Positions 42,304 to 55,140 of a DNA stretch of 64,000 nucleotides are shown one piece after another. The position numbers were made by a program, and so were the translations under genes. Source of the stretch: Mizuhopecten yessoensis. Its lineage: Eukaryota. A model generated the notes under the pieces. That model saw nothing but the letters and a program-made list of their open reading frames with translations. It made no database searches and was not told the origin of the DNA. How positions within the stretch are numbered: position 1 is the stretch's first letter; each line of letters starts with the position of its first letter. The stretch covers positions 107,157-171,156 of the forward strand of contig NW_018404070.1 of NCBI RefSeq assembly GCF_002113885.1. Direction: 5' to 3'.

Positions 42304-43272
42304 TATAAATGTCATTATAATTTCTATGAATATCACTACAGATATTTTAAATAAGGTGTTTGTCTCAAAGGTTTTCGTTGTCCTACCATGACCTCCACAT
42401 AATGAGGGTTCCTAATCTACTGTTCATAAGCAGATGTCCTACGCCTAGCAATGTACTCCCAAGTATGGCTGACCCAATATAGCCAGTTCACCTACAGAAA
42501 TAGCACAAGTGTGACCAGCGATTGATTAGCTAAACATGTCCCAGGCTATTATTTATAGACTGACCCATATAGAGTGATGCAGAAATAAAACTGCCATTTT
42601 AATATACTGGCAATAGTATCCTGGGTGTCCTTAGGTACATGCTTGCTAATGCCAGGAGTTCCTGACACTTTCATGAAGGGGTCATGCTACTCTCTAGAAT
42701 CAAAATAGCTCCAATGCTTAGAGATCTGCTGACATTAAATGGTCATTCTAGAAACAACACTTCTGGGAAACAACACTTCTGGGAAACAACACTTCTGGGA
42801 TGTACATCTCTATGGCTCAGGGAATAAAGCAAAACATTGTACACAAATGTTTATGGTTTTGACATGTTTACAGGGATGTTAAACGAACAGAAAATGCTAA
42901 CAATTTTGACACAGTTTTAAGGTGTATGATGATGGTAGCAGCTGGTTGTTTGGCTATAGTACCTGTTGGGTGGGGTGGGGGGGTAGGGGATGCAGTGGCG
43001 CTATAGTTCTCTGTCAGTGTGTCTTTGTGCACCCTATAAGAGTATAACCGCCAGACAATAGCATCTAAAATCACTTCTACAACACTAATCCTACGGTTAC
43101 AGGTCACAAGTTGTGGTAGATTTTGTGGTTAAAGGTCAAATAACTGTTTTTGAAGTTCACTTTATATAGGAGCCATGTTAATTACTTGTGTTATCTAAGT
43201 AAGATGAAATATAATTATACATTTCTGTGTGAATAAAATTAAAACCTAACTAACTGACTATTGTGCTTTCAG

Positions 43273-43455
43273 AATGTGTGCCCCCTGATTGTACCGGTCA
43301 GACACAACCCATGCCTGCGGAAGACTACACACATGCACAAGTCCAGTCTCAGACGCACCTAGACCTGATGGAGGAGGATAAACCCCTGATCCCCGGGGTC
43401 ACTGTCCGGGCTGCCACGCCCGAACGACTCGTCCACCTATGTGTCGAGAGCTTTG
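43273..43455 (+). CDS. RASGRP: RasGRP-family GEF, first common coding exon (N-terminus and start of REM domain)
   Basis: Acceptor ctttcag| and donor |gtaagg. Reads (E)CVPPDC...MPAEDY...VRAATPERLVHLCVESF(G), resembling the REM start of RasGRPs. Phase 1 at both ends. Internal ATG at 43311. Confidence 0.9.
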
Positions 43456-45040
43456 GTAAGGGATTGCCATCATAGGGAAATGATGACCCTAATATGTGTA
43501 CATGTATTTAATATAACATATCAATCTAATTCAAATGCAAATTGAAAGTCTTCATTATAGGAATAAATGATGTCATCATTGTATGATTTTGGTACTCCCT
43601 TTTAATTATACCTTGAACCTCACCAGTAGAATAGCATGTAACTAACTAATACAAATCCAGCAAAGGGTTTACCAGCAGTAAGCTTCAGAAAAGTTTCATA
43701 GAAAAAACCAATTAACCATAAAGTTAAGCTTGTTTATACGAGTGACATTGATCAACTTACAAGGACCCAGGGATCAGAATATGTATTCCTGTTTAAGGGA
43801 GCTGAAGTAAAGCCCATCATACATGTACTTCATGCTGTTAGGTTTCTTGTTCTACATCTCCATCCATCTATCCTTCCTCAGTCACAGTACTCCATACATT
43901 TAGTTACCCCTTTACATCCAACAATCTAGCCAGTCACCAGGCTTATGTTGGGTGGCCTTCACTCTTACTCAAAGTCATTGCATGTAACAGATAAATGTTA
44001 CAATACAATTTCATGATACAAACAAAATTAATGTTTCGAACAGTATCCCTTTCTTCATACGTTATTATTTACCAGGAATTCCGGCCCTGTTTAAATTTCT
44101 TGGTTAAATTTTTAAAATATCAGTTTATGTAAGGTTTATGACAAAAGTGCAATAAATTGTGTCATGATTATTTAAAATTTTGTAAAAATAATTGTTGTGT
44201 ACAAAAGATAACACAATCCGTTGTTACATGTTTAAGTCTCGAGACTGATTGATGTCTGACCTTGGCTGACATTGAATAACCTTGACCTTTATTCTGTACC
44301 TGTGTTGTGACACATTTGCATTTCTGAGGCTACAGATGGAAAACAGGTTGTTTTGATAACTTTCAGAGAAATTTGTCAAGTCTCGAAATTTATGCACAGT
44401 TAATAGCTTAATAGAGGGAAGATGTAAAATTAATTGTGAGACAAAAAAATGTGAAAACAAAGAAAACAATTAATTATTGTGCCATATCCAGCGTTTTATT
44501 TTCTTATTGTGTAACATAATTATGTAGATTAGATCAGATTCAGCGTTTAAATGATCCTACAATCTGTGAGATTTGTGTATAAACACTGTTTAAGTAGACT
44601 TACTGAGTGCATATCCTCCTATTCCACTAAAACTCGGTTCCCACGCCTATGATTGGTCAGATACACAACGGGGCCTCACGTACTAGTAACTATCCGGGAA
44701 CGGGAACTACTGTGTATCACAGCCTGCTCCATAACCACATCTATTACATATTTTTGTAGTTGTTTATAATTCAGATCAAACACTCACATTTAAATTCTTG
44801 TCCTATTTCATCAAATCTTGACCATTTTATGAGGTCATTGTTAAGGCTGTGACTAGTATAGGTTAATCTGACTCTCGCTACATACATGTCAAGTTTCTTG
44901 TTTTCCACATCAAGTGAATATTTATGTTATTCAACACTGCTGATCAAATTTTTGACATATTTCATCAATCATTTTGAGGTTATGGTTATGAATTTTTGTG
45001 GTTATAATGGTCTTGGTTGACTGACTTTTAGAACACACTA

Positions 45041-45136
45041 TGTAACAGAAGAAATTATTGAACAGGGCCAGACCGGGATTTGATCCCAGTACCTCCAAAC
45101 TGTAAGTGGACGCTCTGCTTAACTGAGCTACCAGGA
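45041..45136 (-). mobile_element. tRNA-derived repeat head (same type as 20440)
   Basis: Reverse strand reads ggtagctcagttaagcagagcgtcc...ctgggatcaaatcccggtctggcc. Confidence 0.55.
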
Positions 45137-45217
45137 TGCAACTCTTCAAATGAAAGGAAATGCAACTTGGCAAGACTCAAACTAGAGACTTACAAACTTT
45201 AGATAGATACTCTACTC

Positions 45218-45739
45218 TACTTGGTCTGAGTGACTGTACTTTGCCTGAGTGACTGTTCTTGGTCTGAGCTACTGTACTTGGTCTGAGATACCGTACTTGG
45301 TCTGAGCTACTGTACTTGGTCTGAGTGACTGTACTTGGTCTTAGTGACTGTACTTGGTCTGAGCTACTGTTCTTGGTCTGAACTACTGTACTTGGTCTGA
45401 ACTACTGTACTTGGTCTGAGCTACTGTACTTGGTCTGAGCTACTGTACTTGGTCTGAGTGACTGTACTTGGTCTGAGTGACTGTACTTGGTCTGAGCAAC
45501 TGTACTTGGTCTGAGTGACTGTACTTGATCTGAGTGACTGTACTTGGTCTGAGCTACTGTACTTGGTCTGAGTGACTGTACTTGGTCTGAGTGACTGTAC
45601 TTGGTCTGAGCTACTGTACTTGGTCTGAGCTACTGTACTTGGTCTGAGTGACTGTACATGGTCTGAGCTACTGTACTTAGTCAGAGTGACTGTACTTGGT
45701 CTGAGCTACTGTACTTGGTCTGAGCTACTGTACTTGGTC
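45218..45739. repeat. 19-bp minisatellite, about 27 copies, with ct/tg dimorphism
   Basis: Unit actgtacttggtctgag(ct/tg). Confidence 0.95.
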
Positions 45740-46666
45740 ACCTGCCTGTTTTACACTGTCAACACTATAGTGAAGTCTATTCTATATGTGTATGTAATAT
45801 TGCTAGGGACCAGGCATTGTACATGATTGTGGTTTCGGTGGAGATTTTTTATTGTAGTTAAAATAACCATATTGTCATAAAAATATGAGAAATATAAAAT
45901 GTGTCTGGTAAGTGATATAGCTGGCCGACTGGCCGCAAGTCAAGGTTTGCTGACAGCTAAGTGGGCTTCAATTATGTAACTTAACTTATCAAGTTCATGA
46001 ATCAACAGACGGGAATGATTTAGTTTTGTATTATTGTTACCAGGTGTTAAGACCTCTTTATTGTAAGGGATTTTTTGATTTATGAAATTGAGGGAATTGT
46101 TCTGTGAGCTAAGTATACACCTGATCATGAGTTTACAGAACAAAATTGTCACCACTGGACATTGTAATATATGTATATAACAGGAGATGGGACTGACCAG
46201 TACCTCATCATATATATATGGACAAGTCTGATACATACATTACCTATTATACACTCTAGGTCTATATTTGGTTTGGCCAGAAGGTTTTTTTAGAAATAAA
46301 TGACCATGATATTTGGTCTGTAGCCAAAATATCATGCTGTCTGTGATGAAACACTTAATGTGTTGACCGACATAACATTATTAGAATCTCTCAATAGATT
46401 AGATATTTTACAGTGATAGTTAAAATTCTGCTTGTTTTTCCTCTTCCTACACTAATAAACAAACTACTGAACAGCTTTGGTAAACTTTTCTTCATCAAAT
46501 CAGGACTAATTAAAAGAAATTGTCAAACTGAACAATTAATCATTTTTGTCCAAAAGTGTAAAGATTCAGAATTACCTGCTATATTTGAGTCCAGAATAAT
46601 GAAGTTGCATAAACATTTGTACAACACTGCCAAAAAAATATAATGGTTTTTTTTGTGAATTTTCAG

Positions 46667-46772
46667 GGAAGGATGGACGCCTGGTGGAAGACAATGAATT
46701 CCCGAGCGTCCTGTTCCTCATGCACAAATGGTTTATGACATCCGATGAGATGGCTGAGGCTTACGTGGATCT
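46667..46772 (+). CDS. RASGRP: RasGRP exon, REM domain
   Basis: Acceptor ttttcag|. Reads GKDGRLVEDNEFPSVLFLMHKWFMTSDEMAEAYVD(L), compare the RasGRP 'DGxL...LxMHxW' motif. Ends at the U12 donor |GTATCCTT. Confidence 0.93.
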
Positions 46773-47542
46773 GTATCCTTATATACATCAGCTTCTGTCA
46801 ATTGCTCTCAACCTTCCCAAGCTTTTCACTCAATTTATATTACAGAGCTCGCTTATTAACATGCTTTCTGATGACAAATCTTCCAAATTGTCTGACAGTT
46901 TCAAGATTTTCATCTTCCCCTTCCTCACCATAAAAAATGTTATTTTCGACTTTATGCAATTTTTTTAATACACAGGTATACCTTGTATGGTCAAGTAGCT
47001 TCTGACACCGTGATTCAAACTATAGTAGGATACTGGAGTATAAAATGCATTCTGATCTTAATCTAATCATGGCTGACTGGGGCTGGACTAACTGTTAAAC
47101 TGTCAACCAATTTAAGTGGACGCTGCATGAATTTAAGTTATGAAAACTGGTCACTTTCAATGAGTGGATGCATAATTTTCACCAATCTAATAGGATGCTG
47201 CGGTTGGTGAAACTTGACCAGAAGTTGGCCACCAACACAAGTGCATTTCCTGGCGAGCGAGTGACTGTTGTGAGAGCTATTTACGTGACTCAATGTCCAT
47301 CGTACAAGTGTGCACCACTTCAACTTATTTATCACCAGTGTTCAGCCTCCTTATACACGCACACATTGCGCAATGTCAAACATATAGCTTGTAAAGGATT
47401 TCGTCATTGTAACCTTTGTTACTTATAAGATAGATATTAATTGGATAAATGTGCTGTAACACTAGGGTAGTGGTACAGTAGTACCGTTCTAGACTTCAGG
47501 TGTTGGACTTTAAAATGTATTTGTCTCAGGGATAACTTGAGG

Positions 47543-47687
47543 AAATGGAGTTACAGAAATAGAATAGAAAATGTAGTTACAGAAATAGAATAGAAAATGT
47601 AGTTACAGAAATAGAATAGGAAATGAAGTTACAGAAATAGAATAGAAAATGGAGTTACAGAAATAGAATAGAAAATGGAGTTACAGA
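47543..47687. repeat. 27-bp tandem repeat, about 5 copies, inside the U12 intron
   Basis: Unit aaatggagttacagaaatagaatagaa-like. Confidence 0.85.
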
Positions 47688-48255
47688 GATTTATCTAAGC
47701 CGTTATTTTGGGTTGGAGTGCTATCCACAGTGATTTTTTGTGGATGCGTTTGGCTGGCAGGAGATGATAATGATGGGTGCTGAATTCTGTTTTTGTAATC
47801 AGTGGACTTTTACTGGTTTAATATATCATGACTGGCAAAAATGTTACGATTTTGTTTGGATATTCTGGTTTCATTACAATATAAAGAGTAACATTTTCCA
47901 TAAGATATCCCTTTATTCAGGTGAATCTGATATGTATGCAGAGGCCATAACTTGACATCAATACTGCATCATTTACTGTCTCCATAATCAGGAGTTATTA
48001 CCAGGCACAACAAGCTCACACGTTAAATTAGTCCGAATTCTTCTGACGTTTTATCGACTTATTTTTATATCAGTCTGTCATCGATTAACGTCAGAACTCT
48101 ATAATATGCGGGAAATACACGACCCGCGCCAGGGTCGCTCTTCAAACTGATATTTTAGAAACAAATCGTCACTTTCACACACATGTTGCACATGGATCGA
48201 AAGTTAATCGATGACAGACCGATACAAAAATAAGCCGATAAAATGTCAGAAGGTT

Positions 48256-49428
48256 TATTGCGATCGCCTTTTGTCTGTTGTCGTCCGTCGTCCGTCATGC
48301 CGTCCATTAACAATTTACATTTTCGACATCTTCTCCAAAACCCCTGAACCAATTTCAATGAAATTTTGCAGGAACCTTCCATGGACAAAGGTCAACAAAA
48401 ATAGGGGCCGGTTTAGTCCCAAGCCCCAAGGGGCCTGAGGGGCGGGGCCAAAAAGGGTCAAATTGACTAAAATTTCAAAAATGTTCTTCTCAAGACCAAG
48501 ATATGGTAGAATCAAATACTCTTCATAGATGGAAGGGTCTTAAGGTGCTTTACCAACATTGTGAATTTCTTGACCCTGGGGTCTCACATTTAACCCTGGT
48601 GAGGGGGTAAACTTAACGATAGTTTATATAGGGAAATCACATTTTGGACCAACATTTGTTTAATTTCCATTGGAAGTAATTCAATTTGGGTTAGCATTAT
48701 CAGTATTAGGTAGCAGTTTGATAGTATGCACCTATGAGCCCTGACTGACCCCCAGGGGCTGATGGGTGGGGCCAAAAAGGGTTGAATTGACTGAAATTTC
48801 AAAAATCTTCTTCTCAAGACCAAGATATGGTAGAATCAAATACTCTTCATAGATGGAAGGGTCTTAATGTGCTTTACCAAAATTGTGAATTTTATGACCC
48901 TGGGGTCTCACGTTTACCCCTGGGGAGGGGGTAAACTTTACTATAGTTTATATAGGGAAATCACATTTTGGACCAACATTTGTTTAATTTCCATTGGAAT
49001 TAATTCAATTTAGGTTGGCATTATCAGTATTAGGTTGCAGTTTGATAGTATGCACATATCAGCAAAATTTATTATGGTTTATAGTGGCAAATGATACTTT
49101 GAATATTACATGTTAATTACTTGGTTGGAATTATAACCTTGAGTTGACAGTTTGATACTGTGAACATTTTGAGCCAGCCCTACCCCCAAGGGCTGTAGGG
49201 TGGGGCCCAAAGGAGTCAGTGTGCTAAAATTTCTTCATTTTCCTTGTTTAGAATCAGAGGTGCTAGTTTCAAATACTTTTCAGTCTTAAATCTGTATGCT
49301 AGATATTCAATAAGGTGGTTTTAATTTTTTTTTGTCACTTTGAATAATATTTCTGTTCATGATAAAAACAAAATCAACTCTCTGTATAAATATATCAGGT
49401 GACCGTTAAGGCCCATGGGCCTCTTGTT
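48256..49428 (+). mobile_element. HINE family A copy lacking the 5' hairpin, inside the U12 intron
   Basis: Starts at tattgcgatcgcc, near-identical to 35700-36763, same 3' terminus. Confidence 0.92.
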
Positions 49429-49811
49429 GTTTTGGTGACAAATTATGATTTTTCTTATATTAAAACATTCCGTAGACTTTCAAAGACATTTTTAACTTTT
49501 AATTTCGTTGTGGTTGTTTGTATAATTGATGAACATTTTGTACTGATACACATGTTATGATGTAACGTACAGTGATATTGCAGTTTTAACTTAGATGACA
49601 AAGCTACATATATCCTGATGACTATGTGTTTTAGATTTTAAAACAAAGTTACAACAGAGGTATAGGCGGTAATCTGGCTGTAAACAACAGTATTTACTTG
49701 TCAGTAGAAATAGAGAGATGGTAGGAGAGGATTGGGGAGGTGTGTATAGCACTGTTCACCCAGATACATAGAACTGTCAACTTACACAAATGGAAAATGT
49801 CAACGAAGTGC

Positions 49812-50165
49812 TAATTAAGACATAAAGAACTGATAATTAAGACACACAGAACTGTTAATTAAGACATAAAGAACTGATAATCAAGACACACAGAACTGAT
49901 AATTAAGACACACAGAACTGTTAAGACATAAAGAACTGATAATTAAGACACACAGAACTGTTAAGACATAAAGAACTGATAATTAAGACACAGAACTGTT
50001 AAGAAGGACACACATAGCTGTTACACACGCAGAACTATTAATTTAGACACACAACTGTAAACTAAGACACACGGAGCTGTTTACACACGCAGAACTATTA
50101 ATTTAGACACACAACTGTAAACTAAGACACACGGAGCTGTTTGTTTGGACACAAAGAGCTGTTAA
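49812..50165. repeat. ~21-23-bp degenerate minisatellite
   Basis: Unit aattaagacacacagaactg(at/tt). Confidence 0.85.
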
Positions 50166-50665
50166 AGTGACATAGAAACAAAATACTATTTAAGCAAGTA
50201 TGATCACACGAGAAGAAAGTGAGAACTCAACGTTCAAAATACAACAGAAATTGATTGGACACAAGCATCATCAAAACTTGACAAGAAACACAATGTTTGT
50301 CCTGTACTACATGAACCCACTGCCGTAATGTCTCCTATCTAGTCACCAATGATATGGCACTAATATCTTACAGCTCTGGTCAGGATGACGTTTGTAACAT
50401 TTCTACAGTGTAGATTTAAGCAAGTCTGTTAGAAAACCCAGGCTAAAGACTTCATTGATCAACATGATGGATCTAACCAGAAACTCCTGTTAACTTTGAC
50501 ACAAGCTATTAACTTTGGTCATGACATTGCACATACTGATCTTAACTGACTGTCCTGTATCATTACAAAAACTAAGTCGGTCAATTATATTGGCTGGTAT
50601 GTTAGAGTGGTGTATCGGGAACTTGAGTTTCTCCCCTAACGGATATCCTTGACTCCCTGCCTCAG

Positions 50666-50779
50666 CTATCAGAGCTGTAGCGATACTGTGGCGTGTATGA
50701 AGCCAGGCTGTAATCACCGCCCTTCCAGCATAGATTGTCAAATCCAGATTTACAAAGCCAAAATTTGCTATGCAGTCAG
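50666..50779 (+). CDS. RASGRP: RasGRP exon, REM domain with Cys/His-rich insert (not in ORF track)
   Basis: 114 nt. Reads (L)YQSCSDTVACMKPGCNHRPSSIDCQIQIYKAKICYAV(R) with donor ag|gtaagt. KICYAVR matches the RasGRP 'KICYFVR' motif and the phases fit both neighbours. Confidence 0.92.
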
Positions 50780-52231
50780 GTAAGTAATTTTATTGCCAGG
50801 GGTGATAATATTTTGATATTCACTTACATCTGTTGAATGTAAATTTATACATGTGAAATGTAAATTTGAATTGTTGCTCTAAGTATTGTGTAAGCATTCA
50901 GTATGGAAATTAAACTTTCTGCTGATTATTGAAGACTTAATAAAATCTTGTTTATTTAACAAATAGCCGATATTGAACCTTTGTTCCCACTGTAGTGAGT
51001 TGACATGTGTGCTAGGTCGATACAAAAGGATATAACTTATTTATATATATCATGTATTATTGTTTTAATTTCTGCAACTTTTTTCACTTGTTAAACGTAA
51101 ACGTATGCGGTATTAACAACACATATATAGGCAAAGATGAAAAAAAACAAGTTTCAGAATTTAACCTATGTTGTAATTTTCAAAAAAATAATCAGTTTTT
51201 TGCACCTTTTTAATTGATTGTGTTTCAATGTAATTTTGACATGAATCATTTATGTCATTTGCATTGTATTTGTCTGTGATTTCATATTTGACAAGTTTAA
51301 GTAACATGTCTGTTATAACATATACTCACACTGCAGGCTGTTAATAGTTTAGCAGTTATATAATATAATCATTTGATTTGTTGACAAAATATTCCTACAC
51401 TGGTTTGATGCTTGTGTGTTGGTGTTTGAATGAGATTAGTATTTTGATTTTAGATTAATGCATATTTGTGGCACTACTAATAATTTTAGATATGGTCATA
51501 TTCATTTTTCCAACATTGATCTCAAATTTCGATATTTGATTCACAATTTGGCAGATAATTAAGAGTATTATGTTAATTTTGAAATGCGCAAATTTTGGAA
51601 TATTTTATTGAGTGCAAACACAAAAAGGGAAAAAATTTGTTTACTATATCTTTCATTATACTTAAAATAGGGGCCAGCTTGTCATTTACCAGTTAGCTGT
51701 TACAATGTGTTTGTACATTGGAATCAGGGACCAGACTTTTACCTTAGATGTCTACTAACACAAGTTCACTATACTTTGAAAACAAGGCTCGGATTGCTCA
51801 TTTAGAAGCTGACTGACCCATCCATTGATTTAGACAGTGTCCAGTAAACGCCTCGCTTTAGTCGTCTCCCTTTGTTCTTGGCCATTAGAAACATAGAGCA
51901 ATCTATTGACCCTCTGCCATCTGTTGTCATTTCCCGAGTGAACTGGGTTTATCAAAGTTCAGCAATACAAATCAGGTTGTGGAGACAATATTGTGACGTC
52001 AACACCTCTGTATCCAGGGGCATGCTTCAACAGAAATAGAACAATTCTAATGCCTCGTTAAAATGTGAGATTTATGAAATTTTTACCTGAATTGATGGGA
52101 TTGTGTGACATTGACGCAGGAGCTGTTATAGATTTTACACTTTGGCGACGTCGCAGAAGATAATGCCATTATTGAAATTAATTAAACGGCTTGCATGTGT
52201 GGTGCTATAAATAGGTGTCATGTGACGTAAT

Positions 52232-53028
52232 CGTCTTGTGGACTTAGTTCATTATGATCATCTCGTGGACTAGTTCATTGTGATCATCTTGTGGACTAGT
52301 TCATTGTGATCATCTTGTGGACTAGTTCATTGTGATGGTCTTGTGGACTAGTTCATTATGATCATCTTGTGGACTAGTTCATTGTGATCATCTTGTGGAC
52401 TAGTTCATTGTGATTGTCTTGTGGCCTAGTTCATTGTAATGGTCTTGTGGACTAGTTCATTGTGATTGTCTTGTGGACTAGTTCATTATGATGGTCTTGT
52501 GGACTAGTTCATTGTGATTGTCTTGTGGACTAATTCATTATGATTGTCTTGTGGACTAGTTCATTGTGATCATCTTGTGGACTAGTTCATTGTGATTGTC
52601 TTGTGGACTAGTTCATTGTGATCGTCTTGTGGACTAGTTCATTATGATGGTCTTGTGGACTAGTGTATTATGATGGTCTTGTGGACTAGTTCATTATGCT
52701 GGTCTTGTGGACTAGTTCATTGTGATGATCTTGTGGACTAGTTCATTGTGATTGTCTTGTGGACTAGTTCATTGTGATGGTCTTGTGGACTAGTTCATTG
52801 TGATGGTCTTGTGGACTAGTGTATTATGATTGTCTTGTGGACTAGTTCATTATGCTGGTCTTTTGGACTAGTTCATTGTGATTGTCTTGTGGACTAGTTC
52901 ATTGTGATCGTCTTGTGGACTAGTTCATTATGATTGTCTTGTGGACTAGTTCATTTTGATTGTCTTGTGGACTAGTTTATTGTGATCGTCTTATGGACTA
53001 GTTCATTATGATTGTCTTGTGGAGTAGT
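52232..53028. repeat. 26-bp minisatellite, about 30 copies
   Basis: Unit tcttgtggactagttcattgtgatNN. Confidence 0.96.
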
Positions 53029-53869
53029 TAATTCCTCCTGTTTTAAGAGAAATTTAAATACAATGTATTATATAGAGTTTCAGCTCCTTATTAGAACCCT
53101 GCATCAGAAATGTAACACAATGTCTGTTTGTCTGTCTTCCACATTCTAGGTATGCAATAAGATATTTGGAAAATTATTGTTTTGGTTTAAGGTTCCGACT
53201 ATACATCAGAGGAAGGCTTCAAGATTAAGTTGGGATTCAGTACCTATATTTAGTAATAAGAAGAATGATTGTGTAGGTTTAAGGATTTGGCTCCTTATAA
53301 GATGAAGGGTTAGAGATTATATATAGACTGTGGTGTAGCTATATATACCAGCCATATAATCAATACAGCTGTGGGAAATGGGAAAACAGCAGGTTACTAT
53401 GGTCACTGGCGATCTGTTATACAAGGAAACCCTCCAAACACATTGTCTCTTCCTGTTGTTGTTGAAAGTGTTTTATAAACAAACTATACACTGTCTGGTG
53501 CAGACTATAGTCACATCCTGGCAGGCATGCATGGCCTGTATGTGCATGTTCTGGTCTATTTATAGGTACACCTGTTAACATTTAAAAGTTTAATTTGTGG
53601 AATTGCTTCTTGTGAAAATGCTTTAATTTTCACTTAATTCTTGGTCTGTTTATTTTGATAAAATTATTTTACATTTAAGATGGATTAGATTTTAGATTGC
53701 ATAGGCCTAGGTCAGTTTCATTGACTCTACAATCAAAATCTCTGGTCAATTAACTTGCAATGTTATTCCCTAAGGCAAGAAAGTCTTACAAACTTTCACA
53801 TCTTATCTATAATGTTGAACTTTCCGCAGCTTTTGGCTTCATACAGAATATTAAACATCAGCTATCTTG

Positions 53870-54130
53870 TTTTTAGCTTGTCTGGTCATCTGAATGTGTG
53901 GTTTAAGCTTGTCTGGTCATCTGAATGTGTGGTGTTAGCTTGTCTGGTCATCTGAATGTGTGGTGTTAGCTTGTCTGGTCATCTGAATGTGTGGTTTTAG
54001 CTTGTCTGGTGAATGTGTGGTTTTAGCTTATCCGGTCATCTGAATGTGTGGTTTTAGCTTGTCTGGTCATCTGAATGTGTTGTTTTAGCTTGTCTGGTGA
54101 ATGTGTGGTTTTAGCTTGTCCGGTCATCTA
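53870..54130. repeat. 32-bp tandem repeat, about 8 copies
   Basis: Unit ttagcttgtctggtcatctgaatgtgtggttt. Confidence 0.9.
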
Positions 54131-54643
54131 ACTGTCTATAAGTCAGTCACAAATGTTATCAGATACTGACAAACTTTATGAAAAGATTGGTCATATAGGG
54201 TTTTGCCTCCTGATTTTGACCTTGACCCTGCAGAAGTCACTTTACCTTGACATTGTATTGGTGATCTCGAGATAAACTATGCTTGGCTGTGTTTGCATGT
54301 CTGCAGTATTTGTCCAGATTAATTTGACCATGTCCTTGTGATTGATTTTGGTCCAGAAGTCTGTATTATTACATTTTAAGTTGTGACCTTTAGTTGACCA
54401 GCACTTGACCTTTGACCTGAGGTCATGGTATCATTACTTTTTGAGTTGTAATCTTGTATTGACCTATATTTGACCTTAGCTTAATCTTCCTGTTTCGTAG
54501 ATTCTTGATCATTAATTATCACTGTAAAACATGACCATGGTCTGTGATTGACCTTTGCAGTGGTATAATTTTGTCTTTACATGTAAATAGCGACCTTTAT
54601 TTGACCTGTGTTTGACCTTTTTTTTAAATTTCCGATTTTGCAG

Positions 54644-54775
54644 ATTCTGGATCAGTAATTTTCCTGTACACTTTGACCTCGACCATAGACTATCCACGGT
54701 TGTGAAAAGGTTTGCCAATCTTGTCCAGTGTGAGGGAAATCTCACCTTAAAACAGCTTATTGACCTGTCCAAAGT
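54644..54775 (+). CDS. RASGRP: RasGRP exon, end of REM domain
   Basis: Acceptor ttttgcag|. Reads (R)FWISNFPVHFDLDHRLSTVVKRFANLVQCEGNLTLKQLIDLSK(V). Donor |gtaagt. Confidence 0.93.
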
Positions 54776-54989
54776 GTAAGTAACAATATTTGTCAAGATT
54801 GTAAGTAACAATTAAATAACCTTAATATTTCAAGCATTGCCTCAACCTTGATTACCTTTCAAATTGGGCTACTTTGATTCAAGAAAATTTCCCAATATTC
54901 TTGAAGATTTTTCCTGTATTGATGATAAAAACTGTTTACAAGTGATACAACCGATAACTCACAAATTCTTTTTTGGATAAATTTTACAG

Positions 54990-55140
54990 ACCTTCATATG
55001 ATTGGATGAGGAACATGTCTGTTCGTAATCCGTCAATGCGGCACAACCGGAAGGTATCCCTGGTGTTCAACCACCTGGAACCCATGGAACTGGCCGAACA
55101 CCTCACCTACCTAGAGTACAAGGCCTTCCGCCGGATCAAC
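54990..55140 (+). CDS. RASGRP: RasGRP exon, REM-CDC25 linker and start of CDC25 GEF domain
   Basis: Acceptor ttttacag|. Reads [50 protein letters not shown], the RasGRP signature [23 protein letters not shown]. Donor |gtaagt. Confidence 0.97.

Larger units (their letters stand above)
46773..50665 (+). other. U12-type (minor spliceosome) GT-AG intron
   Basis: 5' splice site GTATCCTTA at 46773. Branch point TCCTTGAC at 50646-50653 with the A 13 nt before the 3' end. No long polypyrimidine tract. Ends CTCAG|. Splicing restores the frame (D-L-Y). Confidence 0.92.

Noticed and set aside
42968-42989. G-quadruplex-like G-run upstream of the 43273 exon
   Set aside because: A single motif with no supporting evidence of function.
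20460-45136. tRNA genes at 20460-20533, 33603-33670 and 45065-45136
   Set aside because: Degenerate A and B boxes without an intact cloverleaf, embedded in repeat bodies. These are SINE or tRNA-derived heads.
50643-50650. ATATCCTT as a separate AT-AC U12 donor
   Set aside because: It overlaps the branch point TCCTTGAC, whose consensus resembles the donor, and no upstream exon ends here.
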